Shown here: piece by piece, positions 1 through 9,823 of the stretch
How the letters are laid out: the number at the start of each line of letters is the position of its first letter
Numbering within the stretch: the first letter of the stretch is position 1
IMG/VR virus record: IMGVR_UViG_2061766007_003009
DNA length: 36,144 nucleotides
Origin: an uncultured virus (IMG/VR IMGVR_UViG_2061766007_003009)
Taxonomy: Duplodnaviria; Heunggongvirae; Uroviricota; Caudoviricetes
Strand: one strand, 5' to 3'
Position numbers and translations under genes: made by a program
The notes under the pieces: generated by a model
Told to the model about the DNA's origin: nothing
Database searches by the model: none
What the model saw: only the letters and a program-made list of their open reading frames with translations

Positions 1-101
1 AACCCCCGACGGTACCCTTCTTGATTGTCAGTTCGGGATACCCCGGGTACATGATGTCGCGAACCGCACGGATTCGGTGAAGGGTGTGACCGGATACGGT
101 C
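1..101 (-). CDS. Fragment of hexapeptide-repeat phage-type protein, near-identical to 8783-8883
   Basis: 101 bp match to the gene at 8487-8924 with one visible mismatch (TVSGHTLHRIRAVRD.YPGYPELTIKKGTVGG); bounded by window edge and gap. Confidence 0.6.
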
Positions 102-149
102 NNNNNNNNNNGACCTAGTGTAAATCAAAGGTTACAATCATGAGCAACC

Positions 150-431
150 TCCCGGAGACCTCCCGGTAGCCCCCTGCATGCCCCCGTATGCCCCAATGGG
201 CCGTAGGCGACCCCGGAGCGACCACGGAGCAACCTACGGGGCGACCGTGGAGCCACCGGGAGATACCTGGGAGTAACCTGGGAGCCACCGGGAGATACCC
301 CGGCAGGTACCTGGATAGCACCGGGAGGTTGACGCGGCATCCCCCATCCATACCCGGTGGGTAACGGTGGCGACCCGTGGTGGATTCCGGGAGGTACCGG
401 GAGGTACCTGGGGTGCTACCGGGAGATACCG
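150..431. repeat. Degenerate ~11-bp tandem repeats (ACC-GGGAG-like) flanking motif copy 1
   Basis: ACC recurs at 210, 221, 232, 244, 255, 265, 276, 287, 297, 309, 320 and 396, 406, 418, 428. Confidence 0.7.
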
Positions 432-785
432 NNNNNNNNNNNNNNNNNNNNNNNNNNNNNNNNNNNNNNNNNNNNNNNNNNNNNNNNNNNNNNNNNNNNN
501 NNNNNNNNNNNNNNNNNNNNNNNNNNNNNNNNNNNNNNNNNNNNNNNNNNNNNNNNNNNNNNNNNNNNNNNNNNNNNNNNNNNNNNNNNNNNNNNNNNNN
601 NNNNNNNNNNNNNNNNNNNNNNNNNNNNNNNNNNNNNNNNNNNNNNNNNNNNNNNNNNNNNNNNNNNNNNNNNNNNNNNNNNNNNNNNNNNNNNNNNNNN
701 NNNNNNNNNNNNNNNNNNNNNNNNNNNNNNNNNNNNNNNNNNNNNNNNNNNNNNNNNNNNNNNNNNNNNNNNNNNNNNNNNNNNN

Positions 786-1254
786 TTGCCTGCTCGATGG
801 TGTCCTCGGGTGCGAGGTCGTAGACCTTGACGAGTTTGCCGTTCTCGTCCACGGTATTGACGGTGGCGACGAAGGCATCCGGGGTGGGNNNNNNNNNNNN
901 NNNNNNNNNNNNNNNNNNTTCGGATAGGCGTTCCTTGATGTCGTCGGCGGTCTCCTGGAACTCGTCCTTGAGGGAGTCGGTTTCCTCGGAGAGGCTGTCG
1001 ATTTTCCCGGAGAGTTCGTCCCAGGCGTCCTGTTCCTGTTTCTTCCTGCTACCCCATTTCGGGAGGTGGAAGGCCCAGGGGGAGCCGACTGCCTTGACGA
1101 AGGCGGCCACCGCGAGGATGACGATTACCGCGTAGACGGCGACGGTTTCCACGATGGTGGTCGGGGAGGCCTGGCCGGATACGATGAGGTAGGTGTTGAA
1201 CCCTGCGACAGCGAGGACTGCGAGGGCGACTGTGTAGATGAGGGTCTTAATCAT
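786..1254 (-). CDS. Membrane protein, two N-terminal TM helices plus acidic coiled coil; 3' end in gap
   Basis: MIKTLIYTVALAVLAV..., AAGGAG RBS, motif copy at 1321. Confidence 0.75.
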
Positions 1255-1344
1255 GGTTGACTCCTTTTGTTAAAAAAAAATTTTCGCTGGATGGTATATG
1301 CCAGGGGGTTGTGTCCCGGTCATCCCCCATCCGTACCCGGTGGG

Positions 1345-1854
1345 TTACTTGAGCATCCTGTCGNNNNNNNNNNTAGCCTCTTGAGGAACCTGGGGTCCTT
1401 CCGGGAGGGGAAGGGGAGTTGCTCGATGGGGATTCGGGAGAGTTCGGCCTCCTTCTTGAGGCGGATTTCCTCGGCCTTTGCCTGGGCGGCCATCTCCTGG
1501 AGTTGGAGGAAGTGCTGGTGCGCGTCGTCGGCGGAGGTGTAGTTGGCCTTGGAGAGCGTACCGGTGGAGCAGTTCCCGCAGGATACCGGGAAGCCCTTGA
1601 AGGTACGGGAGTAGTGGAGGTCCTTCCCGCAGGAACAGCGGTAGGGGTGCGGGAGGCCGAAGAGCATCGCGAAGCACTCGTCCACGCGGGCGCCGTGGTC
1701 ATGGAACACGTGGTCCTCGAAGGAGCGCTTCGGGAAGGGGGCGCGGCAGAGGGGGCAGTGGATGGTGGTNNNNNNNNNNNNNNNNNNNNNNNNNNNNNNN
1801 NNNNNNNTGGGTGACGTACTGCGGCTTCGGGGTGGTTATGTACTTGAGTTGCAT
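1345..1854 (-). CDS. Zinc-finger protein (C2H2-like plus C4-like), spans two gaps
   Basis: ATG 1854 (MQLKYIT) after AAGGAG; CPLC..HVFHDH, CSCG, CGNC; ends DRMLK-TAA abutting motif copy 1321. Frames joined across N gaps. Confidence 0.7.
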
Positions 1855-1974
1855 GGTTGGCTCCTTGTGTAAATTTCGATTTACAAAATTAAAAAATATT
1901 TCTTGGGTTATTGCCGGTATGCCCCCGGGAGGCTCCCGGGGCATCCCCCATCCGTACCCGGTGGGTTACCGGGT

Positions 1975-2292
1975 CTATGCCGGGAAGCATGCGGTGGCTG
2001 CCTCGGTTTCCGACAGGACGAAAACCTGGTCGCTCTCGGGGTTGCGGAGGTAGACTGTACCGTCCTGGCAGACGTGTTCCACCTCGCAAGTCTCTCCGTC
2101 GCAGCATACCGGCCCGTCGAAGTCGTCTGCATACAGGTCGAACCAGTCGCTGCCGGAGTCGTCCTCCGTATGCACCAGTAGGTCGCCGCATCTTGTACGG
2201 CGTCCGTTGACGCTTTCCTTGAGGGTGTCCCACAGGGTAGCGAGGGATACTCCAACGCGTTCGCCTTCGGTAAACAAAACTTTACTTGCCAT
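1975..2292 (-). CDS. Hypothetical acidic protein
   Basis: 105 aa ORF with AAAGGAGAC RBS; second gene of a two-gene unit. Confidence 0.8.
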   Translation of the reverse strand: MASKVLFTEGERVGVSLATLWDTLKESVNGRRTRCGDLLVHTEDDSGSDWFDLYADDFDGPVCCDGETCEVEHVCQDGTVYLRNPESDQVFVLSETEAATACFPA

Positions 2293-2328
2293 GCTGCTGT
2301 CTCCTTTGTTGAATTGTTATGCCCATAG

Positions 2329-2730
2329 TTACAGGGCGAGGTGGAAATGTGCCGCGACTTCTTCCCTAGCCTTCAATGCACAGGAAATGTCCACGCTGTC
2401 CCCTTTCGGCCACTCCGTCACGGACATGGACACCTCGTCAGTATAGGTTCCGCACTTCCCCGCCATGCGGAAATAGTCGTAGAAGTCCCTGCTCGTAGTC
2501 CACCAGAAGTCACGGCCCATGAGTGTAAAGCGCACCGATATGCACACATGCTTCTCGTCATCGCACCCAGCCTCCGACTCGGTTATCTCCGCTTCCGGCA
2601 GGCAGGCAAGTACCAGTGCTTCCGCGTTCTCGATGACCGAATGCGGAATGGCTATGCTCATGCACAACTTCTTCTCCAATGCAGAAATGCCTGCATTGTC
2701 CTTGACTGTATTCCTTTTTGACTTCTTCAT
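2329..2730 (-). CDS. Hypothetical protein (MKKSKRNT...)
   Basis: AAAGGAGAC RBS; true start lies downstream of the track's motif-derived start. Confidence 0.8.
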   Translation of the reverse strand: MKKSKRNTVKDNAGISALEKKLCMSIAIPHSVIENAEALVLACLPEAEITESEAGCDDEKHVCISVRFTLMGRDFWWTTSRDFYDYFRMAGKCGTYTDEVSMSVTEWPKGDSVDISCALKAREEVAAHFHLAL

Positions 2731-2806
2731 GTTCTTGTCTCCTTTGTTGATACGGGTATCCTCCCGGGGTGTACCGGGAGCATCCCCCATCCGTACCCGG
2801 TGGGTT
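2731..2806 (-). promoter_or_regulatory. Representative copy of the putative bipartite promoter/leader: CCACCGG-N4-GGATGGGGGATG-N20-GATA...AAAGGAGAC-ATG
   Basis: Core 2781-2792, 20-nt hairpin spacer 2761-2780, NATA at 2757-2760, RBS at ~2737-2746, ATG at 2730. The same geometry holds in about 46 copies. Promoter function is inferred. Confidence 0.65.
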
Positions 2807-2807
2807 A

Positions 2808-3331
2808 CTACGAGGCCCTCTCGAGCATGTCGAGGACAACCGAGTGGTTGTGGGACTGGTGGGTGAGGTCGTCGATGGCGTCGGAGTCCACCGAGTCGTA
2901 GTACTCGGAGTCGAAGTCGTCGTTTCCGAAGTACTCGAAGTCCACGTCCTCGTAGCGGTCAACGTCGAGGATGCCGGAGCCGTGGCATTCGCAGCAGGTC
3001 TCCTCGGTGGTAATGGGATTGCCCTCGTCATCCTCCTCCTCGAAGGTGAGGTAGCCGGACCCGTCGCAGTCCGGGCAGGGCTTCGAGAGGGAGACCCTGG
3101 ATACACCCTCGGAGATGAGGCGGGCTGCTGCCAGTGCCTTCCGGGAGGTATCGGAGGTATTTCCGAGTTGCTGCTTGAGGTCTGCGANNNNNNNNNNNNN
3201 NCGTCGAAGGAGCCGTAGGCTTCGATGAGGTCGTCTACGTATCCGTTCATGCAGGCCTGCGCCAGGCCCCCGTTGCAAATCTGGTAGTGGAGGTGGCCGA
3301 GCCATTCGAGTGCGGTAAATTTCCTGTTCAT
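2808..3331 (-). CDS. DMP19/DUF4375-like N-terminus fused to DnaJ-type Cys-rich Zn finger and acidic tail
   Basis: LHYQICNGGLAQACMNGY resembles the DUF4375 'V.NGG..QYF.N' motif; CPDCDGSG...CCECHGSG; frames joined across gap 3188-3201. Confidence 0.6.
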
Positions 3332-3411
3332 GGGTTGTCTCCTTGATTATATGGAGTATCCTCCCGGTATGTACCGGGAGCATCCCCCATCCGTCCCCGG
3401 TGGTATACGGT

Positions 3412-3807
3412 TTACTCTTTCCTGTGTTCCGGGAGTTTCATGTTGTCGGGCTGTGCCTTCTCGATTTCGTCCAGCATCTCGTCCAGGGAGTATTCGTGCT
3501 GCTCGACGGAGGGAGCGTCTTCTCTCCCGACGATTCTCCAGTCCTCGATGATGTACGTGCCGTTGTCGTCACCGGAGCCGTCGAGCGCGGCGAAGGTGTC
3601 GATGCCGATGGAGAGGCCGTCTCCGCCGAAGAAGTTGGCGATGACCTGGGAGAGCCTGGCCCAGCCGTAGCAGTCGGTCTCGGGGGGACGGAAGTTCATG
3701 CGGCGGCAGTATTCGAGGAAGCCCTCGACCGAGTCGCGGCCACCGTTCCAGTGGAGGTAGATTGCGAGGTCCTTCTTCTTGGTTGCGATTACGCAGCGAT
3801 TTCCCAT
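3412..3807 (-). CDS. Conserved phage/MGE hypothetical protein (MGNR...IYLHWNGG)
   Basis: 131 aa ORF, AAGGAGAC RBS; the MGxR..YxHWxG start is typical of MGE hypotheticals. Confidence 0.8.
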   Translation of the reverse strand: MGNRCVIATKKKDLAIYLHWNGGRDSVEGFLEYCRRMNFRPPETDCYGWARLSQVIANFFGGDGLSIGIDTFAALDGSGDDNGTYIIEDWRIVGREDAPSVEQHEYSLDEMLDEIEKAQPDNMKLPEHRKE

Positions 3808-3943
3808 GGTATGTCTCCTTGTTGGGGTGTTGGATTTCTTGTGTGAGTGCTATACCCCCGGTACTCCCCGGGGACATCCCCCATCCGTACCCGGTGGGTA
3901 ACGGGGGAGGATGCCCGGCCGGTACCGGTGATGCCCCCGGGGG

Positions 3944-3978
3944 AAAAGGGAAGCCCCCGGCAGGTACCGGGGGCTTCC
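3944..3978 (-). terminator. Putative intrinsic terminator
   Basis: 12-bp perfect stem GGAAGCCCCCGG/CCGGGGGCTTCC with a short U-run on the minus strand, just after the stop at ~3989. Confidence 0.6.
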
Positions 3979-3988
3979 GAGGAGACAA

Positions 3989-4843
3989 CTAAAAAANNNN
4001 NNNNNNNNTGGCCTTCTCCAGTTCGCCGACGCGTGCCTCCAGTTTTCCGATGCGGTCAGTCGGCATCGGTAACTCCGGGTTGGCAGCGGGGGGAGTACTG
4101 TCGGTCTCGTCTGGCTGGAACTGTCCATCGGGGTCCATCCTGGAGATGGCATCCTTGATGGTGTCCGGGGTGACCACCGTCACGTCCACGTTGTAGCCGT
4201 CGGACGGGTTGATGGACCAGAGGTTGAGCCAATTCCTGTCTTCCTCTAGGCAGAAGTCAACGTGGAAACGCCTGCCTTCGTAATCGAACCAGGCCTCAAT
4301 CCAGCGGGTCGGGTCCTCGTAGNNNNNNNNNNNNNNNNNNNNNNNNNNNNNNNNNNNNNNNNNNNNNNNNNNNNNNNNNNNCCGCTTGCCTTCGTAATCG
4401 AACCAGGCCTCAATCCAGCGGGTCGGGTCCTCGTAGTAGGTCTCGTGCTCGATGTAGGTTGCACCCGGGATGTTCTCCGCGATGAACCTGGCGGCGAGTT
4501 TGTCTATACGGCGGGACCGTTCGTTGGTTTCCTGTTCCGGCTTCTCGGCGAGGATGTCGTACATGGTGTCCTCGATTCCACCGGCAGGTTCCTGGTGGAC
4601 AGCGGGAGCAGCATCGCGGAGTTCCTGGATGAGGTCAAGGTAGGTTTCCTTGGAGAATACGTTGAGCATGACGTAGGTTCCTACGCGGTATGCCCCGGAC
4701 TCCCCGGCGGACAAGCCAGTGGCGTAAGGCTTGCTGCCGATGATGCGTACGGCCTCCCTGGCGTTATCCCAGTTATCGAACTTGAGGATTGCGCTGTAGT
4801 CGCACTGGCTGTACTTGTAACTGGAAAGAATGTCGAAGTTCAT
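3989..4843 (-). CDS. Hypothetical protein, short paralog of 5908-7836
   Basis: MNFDILSSYKYSQCDYSAILKF vs MEFDIIATQEHSHADFSALLAF; RBS AAAGGAGAC; contains gaps. Confidence 0.8.
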   Translation of the reverse strand: MNFDILSSYKYSQCDYSAILKFDNWDNAREAVRIIGSKPYATGLSAGESGAYRVGTYVMLNVFSKETYLDLIQELRDAAPAVHQEPAGGIEDTMYDILAEKPEQETNERSRRIDKLAARFIAENIPGATYIEHETYYEDPTRWIEAWFDYEGKRXXXXXXXXXXXXXXXXXXXXYEDPTRWIEAWFDYEGRRFHVDFCLEEDRNWLNLWSINPSDGYNVDVTVVTPDTIKDAISRMDPDGQFQPDETDSTPPAANPELPMPTDRIGKLEARVGELEKAXXXXXF

Positions 4844-4964
4844 GGTGTGTCTCCTTTGGTTGATACTGGTATCCTCCCGGTATCTCCCGGGGGCATCCCC
4901 CATCCGTACCCGGTGGGTTACATCTTGATGTTCCCTATAATCACGTGGGCTGGCCAGTTTCGTG

Positions 4965-5747
4965 CTAAAGTCCGGCTTCCGGAAAGACGAGGGTTGTTCC
5001 GCCGACCGCACCTTCATCAGTGGTGTAATAATCAGCGTTTATAACACGCTTTAGTTCCAAGATAGTTACTTCGGTAGTGAAGCCTTTCTTGTCGCAGTGC
5101 TCGACAACGTCATAAAACTTGTTATAGAGGAACTCTCCCACGGCACGCTTGACTGCGGAATAGTCTACTTGCCGTACGATAGGTTTGTTCTTCTTCAATC
5201 GGTCGTATTCTGCGTCGATGATGGCGACCGCTTCACGGAAGCGGGTTGCGGTTAACTTTTCGTTAGGGATGTACGGCAACCGCTCTAAGTCATAGCTGAA
5301 TTTGAATGTGGTCTTGCCCTTGTCGCTATACTTGACCGGCATAAAGAAAGCGGTATCGTAGTTATCTATGGTAGCGATGAGAAATTTTCCCTTGAATACG
5401 TGCATATAGCGACTTGGCCAGGATGTCTGGATGAACACCAGGCCATCTTTACTGGTGATACCAGCCAGATTTACACCATTATAGTTGTCTATGGGCGTAT
5501 TACCTACATAAAATACCCTGTGATAGGTTTTCTTATCCGGACCGACCACTTCCAACGAATAGTATTCGCCATAGTTAGTGTTACCTTTCTTGGGCATGAC
5601 AGCATGACCGTCCGGCGCAGACACAGTTCTGACCGAGTCAAGACCGACTTCACGATGGATGTCGTTGCACGAATAGTTGTATGACTGGATTTGCTTGATG
5701 AACTTAACGCCACTGATGCCGTAGTTGTTTGATTTCTTGGTTGCCAT
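4965..5747 (-). CDS. Hypothetical protein (MATKKSNNYG...), AT-richer than neighbours
   Basis: 260 aa ORF, CAGGAGAC RBS, motif copy 5803. Confidence 0.8.
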   Translation of the reverse strand: MATKKSNNYGISGVKFIKQIQSYNYSCNDIHREVGLDSVRTVSAPDGHAVMPKKGNTNYGEYYSLEVVGPDKKTYHRVFYVGNTPIDNYNGVNLAGITSKDGLVFIQTSWPSRYMHVFKGKFLIATIDNYDTAFFMPVKYSDKGKTTFKFSYDLERLPYIPNEKLTATRFREAVAIIDAEYDRLKKNKPIVRQVDYSAVKRAVGEFLYNKFYDVVEHCDKKGFTTEVTILELKRVINADYYTTDEGAVGGTTLVFPEAGL

Positions 5748-5907
5748 GGTTGTCTCCTGTTGGTTGTTGTATGTACAGTATGCACCCGGTATCTCCCGGG
5801 AGCATCCCCCATCCATACCCGGTGGGTAACGGTGGCGGCATTGCCGGGCATGCGGGATTCAGTTGGATGAAGAAGGGGCCTCCCGGGAGATNNNNNNNNN
5901 NNNNCAA

Positions 5908-7836
5908 CTAAATCTTCTTCTTGATTTCCTTGATTTCCTTCTGGACCTGGTCCATGAGGTTCTCGAGTTTGGTTACCCGGGTCTCGATGGAGGGTTCTTC
6001 CTCAATAGTTTCTTCCTCAAGAGTTTCTTCCTCAATAGGTTCTTCGGCAAGACGCTTGAGGTTTTTAGGGCAGATTTCATAATCGACAACGTAGTCGGAA
6101 CTGAGGTTACCTTCCTTGTCTATGTTACGGAATTCGTACCATACCTCATGGGTGTCGCAGTTGCGGTTTATTTCAAGCCGGAATCCGTTGCCCTTGTACG
6201 TGAAGAAGAGTGCGTACCAACCATATTCATTGGAAGCCCCTTCAGTCTCGGAGGAGTCGTAGGTAGCCTCCGGGAGGTACTGCTTGAGGAATTCGATGCC
6301 TGCTTCCGCGTAGGTGGAATTATCCTTGTCGCTTATGTGCTTGTCGGTCGGGGCGGACTTGAGAATTTCGATAATTTTTTCTTCCGTATTAACGATTTTC
6401 TCTTCCGTCTTGGCGAAGTGGCCTTCCTTGTCCACGGACTTGAGAAATTCCTTGATGCCTTCCGGAGTGGTGACTACCGAATCAATGATTTCGTAGTTCT
6501 TTTTCGCGGAGCAGAGGAACAGTTTCACGGTTCCGTTATCGTACACGACGAAGTCGATGTGGTAGTTCTTCCTCTTGTGGAAGAACCAGAGTTCAACCCA
6601 TTCGCAGTCGTCGCCGTAGCGTTCGCAGTCGCCGGAGCAGTCGTAGACACAATCGTCGAACTTGACTTTCGGGAGGTAGTCATCCAGGTAGGCCATGGCG
6701 GCCTTGTTGAGGGATTTCTTATTCTTCTTGAATATCTTATCAGCGTCCTCGATGGAGTTATTGTCGAGGTCGAGTTTCTTCAGAATTTCAAAAATTTTTA
6801 CGGCATTCCCGTTGAAAATGTGCTCATCGTCAACGGAGTCGATGGCAAACTTGATGTTGTCGGCAGTGACCACGCAGTAGGCACTATCGGAACCATCCTC
6901 GTGCACGGACCAGAGACGGATTTCATTCTTCTTGCTGGTAACGAGGAACTCGAGCCAGAACTCATTCCCGTTGTAGTAGAACCATACGTCAGCCCAATTG
7001 CCCTTGCCGTAGCGCTCAATATACCAATCCTTCAGGTCGGGGTCACAGTCGTAGCGCTCGAAGCCATAGGAACCACATTCGGTATCGCCGATGTTGGTTG
7101 CTCCCGGTATGTGCTTCGTGATGAATGCCTTGGCGGCGGCCAGGAGTGTCGCCTTGCTTGTCTTAATGTCGCTTTCAGTGGCCTGGCTCAGGTTCGGGAT
7201 GCTATTTACCAGGTTGAAGATTGCTTCTTCCGGGTTGCCGGAGAACTGCTGGTCAATGAAATCATCAAAATTTTTCTTGACATCCTCCTCGTTGCCCTCG
7301 TAGATGGAGAAACTCGGTTTACGCCAGTCCGGGATTCCGGATGCGAATACCTTGATTCGGGTATCCTCACCGTCACATAACAACTTGGCCCGGAAAACCT
7401 CCCCGCGGTAGGTGATGATGAACCAACTTTCTTCTTCATCGTGTTCCATGGCCTCCACGGTTGCTCCCGGGAGTACCTTGGTGAAGAACGGGATGGCGAA
7501 GTCGCGAGCCTCACTGTACGGGGCATCGATGTCGACGAGGGAGGTCCACATCTCCTTGTAGAGTTTGGAAATGTCGTCATCGGTTGCGGGAACGGGGAGT
7601 TTCTTCAGCATGTCGATGATTTCCCCGTATGCTGCCTTGGAGTACGTGTTGAACATGACGTGCTTACGCACCTGGAAGGCGCCGGACTGACCCGGCGTGA
7701 GGCTCTGCGTGTTTGCCCACTGGCTGTCGTTGATTGCCTTGGTGGATATCGTGGCTTCTTCAGACGAACTGAATGCGAGCAGGGCCGAGAAGTCCGCGTG
7801 GGAATGTTCCTGTGTAGCAATGATGTCGAATTCCAT
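5908..7836 (-). CDS. Large acidic protein with ~4 internal domain repeats and C-terminal coiled coil
   Basis: 642 aa from the RBS-supported ATG; repeat pattern A..F/Y....LP.a.......W....F.Y.G..F. Confidence 0.85.
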   Translation of the reverse strand: MEFDIIATQEHSHADFSALLAFSSSEEATISTKAINDSQWANTQSLTPGQSGAFQVRKHVMFNTYSKAAYGEIIDMLKKLPVPATDDDISKLYKEMWTSLVDIDAPYSEARDFAIPFFTKVLPGATVEAMEHDEEESWFIITYRGEVFRAKLLCDGEDTRIKVFASGIPDWRKPSFSIYEGNEEDVKKNFDDFIDQQFSGNPEEAIFNLVNSIPNLSQATESDIKTSKATLLAAAKAFITKHIPGATNIGDTECGSYGFERYDCDPDLKDWYIERYGKGNWADVWFYYNGNEFWLEFLVTSKKNEIRLWSVHEDGSDSAYCVVTADNIKFAIDSVDDEHIFNGNAVKIFEILKKLDLDNNSIEDADKIFKKNKKSLNKAAMAYLDDYLPKVKFDDCVYDCSGDCERYGDDCEWVELWFFHKRKNYHIDFVVYDNGTVKLFLCSAKKNYEIIDSVVTTPEGIKEFLKSVDKEGHFAKTEEKIVNTEEKIIEILKSAPTDKHISDKDNSTYAEAGIEFLKQYLPEATYDSSETEGASNEYGWYALFFTYKGNGFRLEINRNCDTHEVWYEFRNIDKEGNLSSDYVVDYEICPKNLKRLAEEPIEEETLEEETIEEEPSIETRVTKLENLMDQVQKEIKEIKKKI

Positions 7837-7917
7837 GGTGTTGTCTCCTTTGGTTGATGCATGGAGTATGCCTCCCGGATATCCCGTGGGCATCCCCCAT
7901 CCGTACCCGGTGGGCTA

Positions 7918-8190
7918 CTAGTAGATTTCGAGTTCCTCGATGTGGAAGATGTCGGACTTGGATTCTCCGTCCTCCTCCCAGGCGATAGTGAACCAGGTAG
8001 CCCCGGAGCATGCCAGGTCGGCAATTTCGGTTACGTTGGCGGGCTCCCCGGTCTCACCCAGGGTGGCACCGGGGTGGAGGCAGATGAGGGTGGCCACCTC
8101 GTCGCAGAGGGCCTGGAGGACATTGCCCTCCATTTCGTCATCTGCGGCCATGATGGAGTTCTCGTGGATAAGAAGAAATTTCTTTATCAT
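7918..8190 (-). CDS. Small acidic hypothetical protein (MIKKFLLIH...)
   Basis: ATGA overlap with the upstream stop; GGAGG RBS. Confidence 0.75.
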   Translation of the reverse strand: MIKKFLLIHENSIMAADDEMEGNVLQALCDEVATLICLHPGATLGETGEPANVTEIADLACSGATWFTIAWEEDGESKSDIFHIEELEIY

Positions 8191-8393
8191 TCGTCGCCCT
8201 CCACGTTGATTGTGAGCACGTCGCTGGTCACTTCGAGGCAGTCGATTGAGCATACCTCGCGATATAGGATGTCTGGGTCGGTGAGTTCGTCGCCCCGGCC
8301 ACGGAAGATTTCCCCGTTCTTGGAGAGGTCATAAATGGCGAATGACTGAAATCCGGGGTCAGTGAATGTTTCGATGAGTTCTTCTACGGTCAT
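8187..8393 (-). CDS. Small acidic hypothetical protein (MTVEELIETF...)
   Basis: AAGGAGAC RBS, motif copy 8445. Confidence 0.75.
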   Translation of the reverse strand: MTVEELIETFTDPGFQSFAIYDLSKNGEIFRGRGDELTDPDILYREVCSIDCLEVTSDVLTINVEGDE

Positions 8394-8486
8394 GTTGTGG
8401 TCTCCTTGTGTTAGTAGTACTATTCTCCCGGTACTCCCCGGGAGCATCCCCCATCCGTTCCCGGTGGGTTACTTGGTGAGGTACGC

Positions 8487-8924
8487 CTAGCCGTTGCCGA
8501 ACTCGAACGTACCCTCGGAAAAGATTGCGTTACCACCGCATCGGCTGAAACCGCCGAGTTTTGCGGAAAACTGCACGGTCACCTCGTCGTACACCTTGGC
8601 GTCCCCGTAGACCTCGGCGCGGTTGCATACGTCCGAATTGCCGAAAACCTCGGCGTTGCCGTGAACCTTGGCGGTGTGGCTGACCTGCGCGTTCCCGTAC
8701 ACCCTGGCATTTTCCCACACCATTGCGTTGTCGTGCACCCATGCCGCCCCCGTCTGGGAGAGGTTCGCCTCGGTCTCGACGTAACCCCCGACGGTACCCT
8801 TCTTGATTGTCAGTTCGGGATACCCCGGGTACGTGATGTCGCGAACCGCACGGATTCGGTGAAGGGTGTGACCGGATACGGTCTTCGTCTTGCCGGTAAG
8901 TTCGTACTTCTTGCTCGTTGCCAT
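8487..8924 (-). CDS. Hexapeptide-repeat (left-handed beta-helix-like) phage protein
   Basis: KYELTG..LHRIRAVRD..GGYVETEANLSQTGAAWV followed by VYGNAQ/VHGNAE/VYGDAK repeats. Confidence 0.8.
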   Translation of the reverse strand: MATSKKYELTGKTKTVSGHTLHRIRAVRDITYPGYPELTIKKGTVGGYVETEANLSQTGAAWVHDNAMVWENARVYGNAQVSHTAKVHGNAEVFGNSDVCNRAEVYGDAKVYDEVTVQFSAKLGGFSRCGGNAIFSEGTFEFGNG

Positions 8925-8946
8925 GTTGTGGTCTCCTTTGAAAAAA

Positions 8947-9666
8947 TTATTTTCTGCCCTTCTGGAACAGGTCGCAGAATATCTGCTCCTGTCCCCGCCA
9001 GATAGTCCAGTCGCATTTCCCGACCTCCGTGATGCCGTGCCTTTCGAGGTACTCGGGTATCTTGTCGAAGATGTCAAGTTGGAACTTCGCGAGCGCGTAG
9101 TCGGAAACGCTCGCGTACTGCTCGCGGGATACCTTCCCCGGGGCGTCAACGGAGTACCCGTCGCATACCCGCTTGGCCGCGACGGGGTGCTCGGTGGCCC
9201 AGTCCTCCACAGCCTCCCTCAACACGCCGAGGAAGGCGTCTACCACCCTGCCCTTTATCGGACGGTCGGTGGTGAACGCATAGTCCACGTCACGGGTTGC
9301 GTGCTCCCCGTCCTGGTACTCCTTCGTGATTGTCACGATGTACGTCTTCCGGCTCCCCTTCCGAGATTTCCCCCTGCTAGACCCGGTAGACGGCTTGGCG
9401 GACACCCGTGCCTTCGCCGGTGCCTTGTCCTTCGCCCCGTCCTTGACGATTTCCACCGAGTATCCACACCCCTCGTTAATGAAGTACTCCATCGAACTGT
9501 CCTTGTCAAGGCCGGAACACCAGTCCTCTACGGCATACTTGTCGATTTCGTCGTTGTCGTAGAGGTCTAGGCAGATTTCGCGCACCTTCTCGTTGCGTGC
9601 CTTGAATGCCTCGTTCAGTGTGCGGTGGGTAGATACGACGTCCCCGTCTACTTTCAACTGATACAT
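8947..9666 (-). CDS. Hypothetical protein (MYQLKVDG...) with basic central linker
   Basis: AAGGAGAC RBS, motif copy 9721. Confidence 0.8.
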   Translation of the reverse strand: MYQLKVDGDVVSTHRTLNEAFKARNEKVREICLDLYDNDEIDKYAVEDWCSGLDKDSSMEYFINEGCGYSVEIVKDGAKDKAPAKARVSAKPSTGSSRGKSRKGSRKTYIVTITKEYQDGEHATRDVDYAFTTDRPIKGRVVDAFLGVLREAVEDWATEHPVAAKRVCDGYSVDAPGKVSREQYASVSDYALAKFQLDIFDKIPEYLERHGITEVGKCDWTIWRGQEQIFCDLFQKGRK

Positions 9667-9823
9667 AATGATGTCTCCTTGTTTGTTTAAACCAGGTATC
9701 CTCCCGGTACTTCCCGGGAGCATCCCCCATCCGGACCCGGTGGGTTGCCGGGAGGCGCAGTGTTGTGGCAGGGGTGTGTTGAGTCCCTATTGCGCCTCCC
9801 GGCCCGGGCCAGGGAGTGCCCGG

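Noticed and set aside
2761..2806. G-quadruplex role for GGATGGGGGATG
   Set aside because: Four G3 runs are not consistently present, and the AT-rich-spacer copies lack them.
4270..4436. Short direct duplications flanking N gaps (also ~11222-11430, 12505-12541, 16572-16915)
   Set aside because: They sit on both sides of scaffold gaps and are most likely assembly overlaps or strain bubbles, so they are not counted as real repeats or hypervariable loci.
5863..7380. Long + strand ORFs (also 21060-22169, 24237-25502, 27589-28644)
   Set aside because: Antisense shadows of RBS-supported minus-strand genes; no RBS or recognisable motifs.
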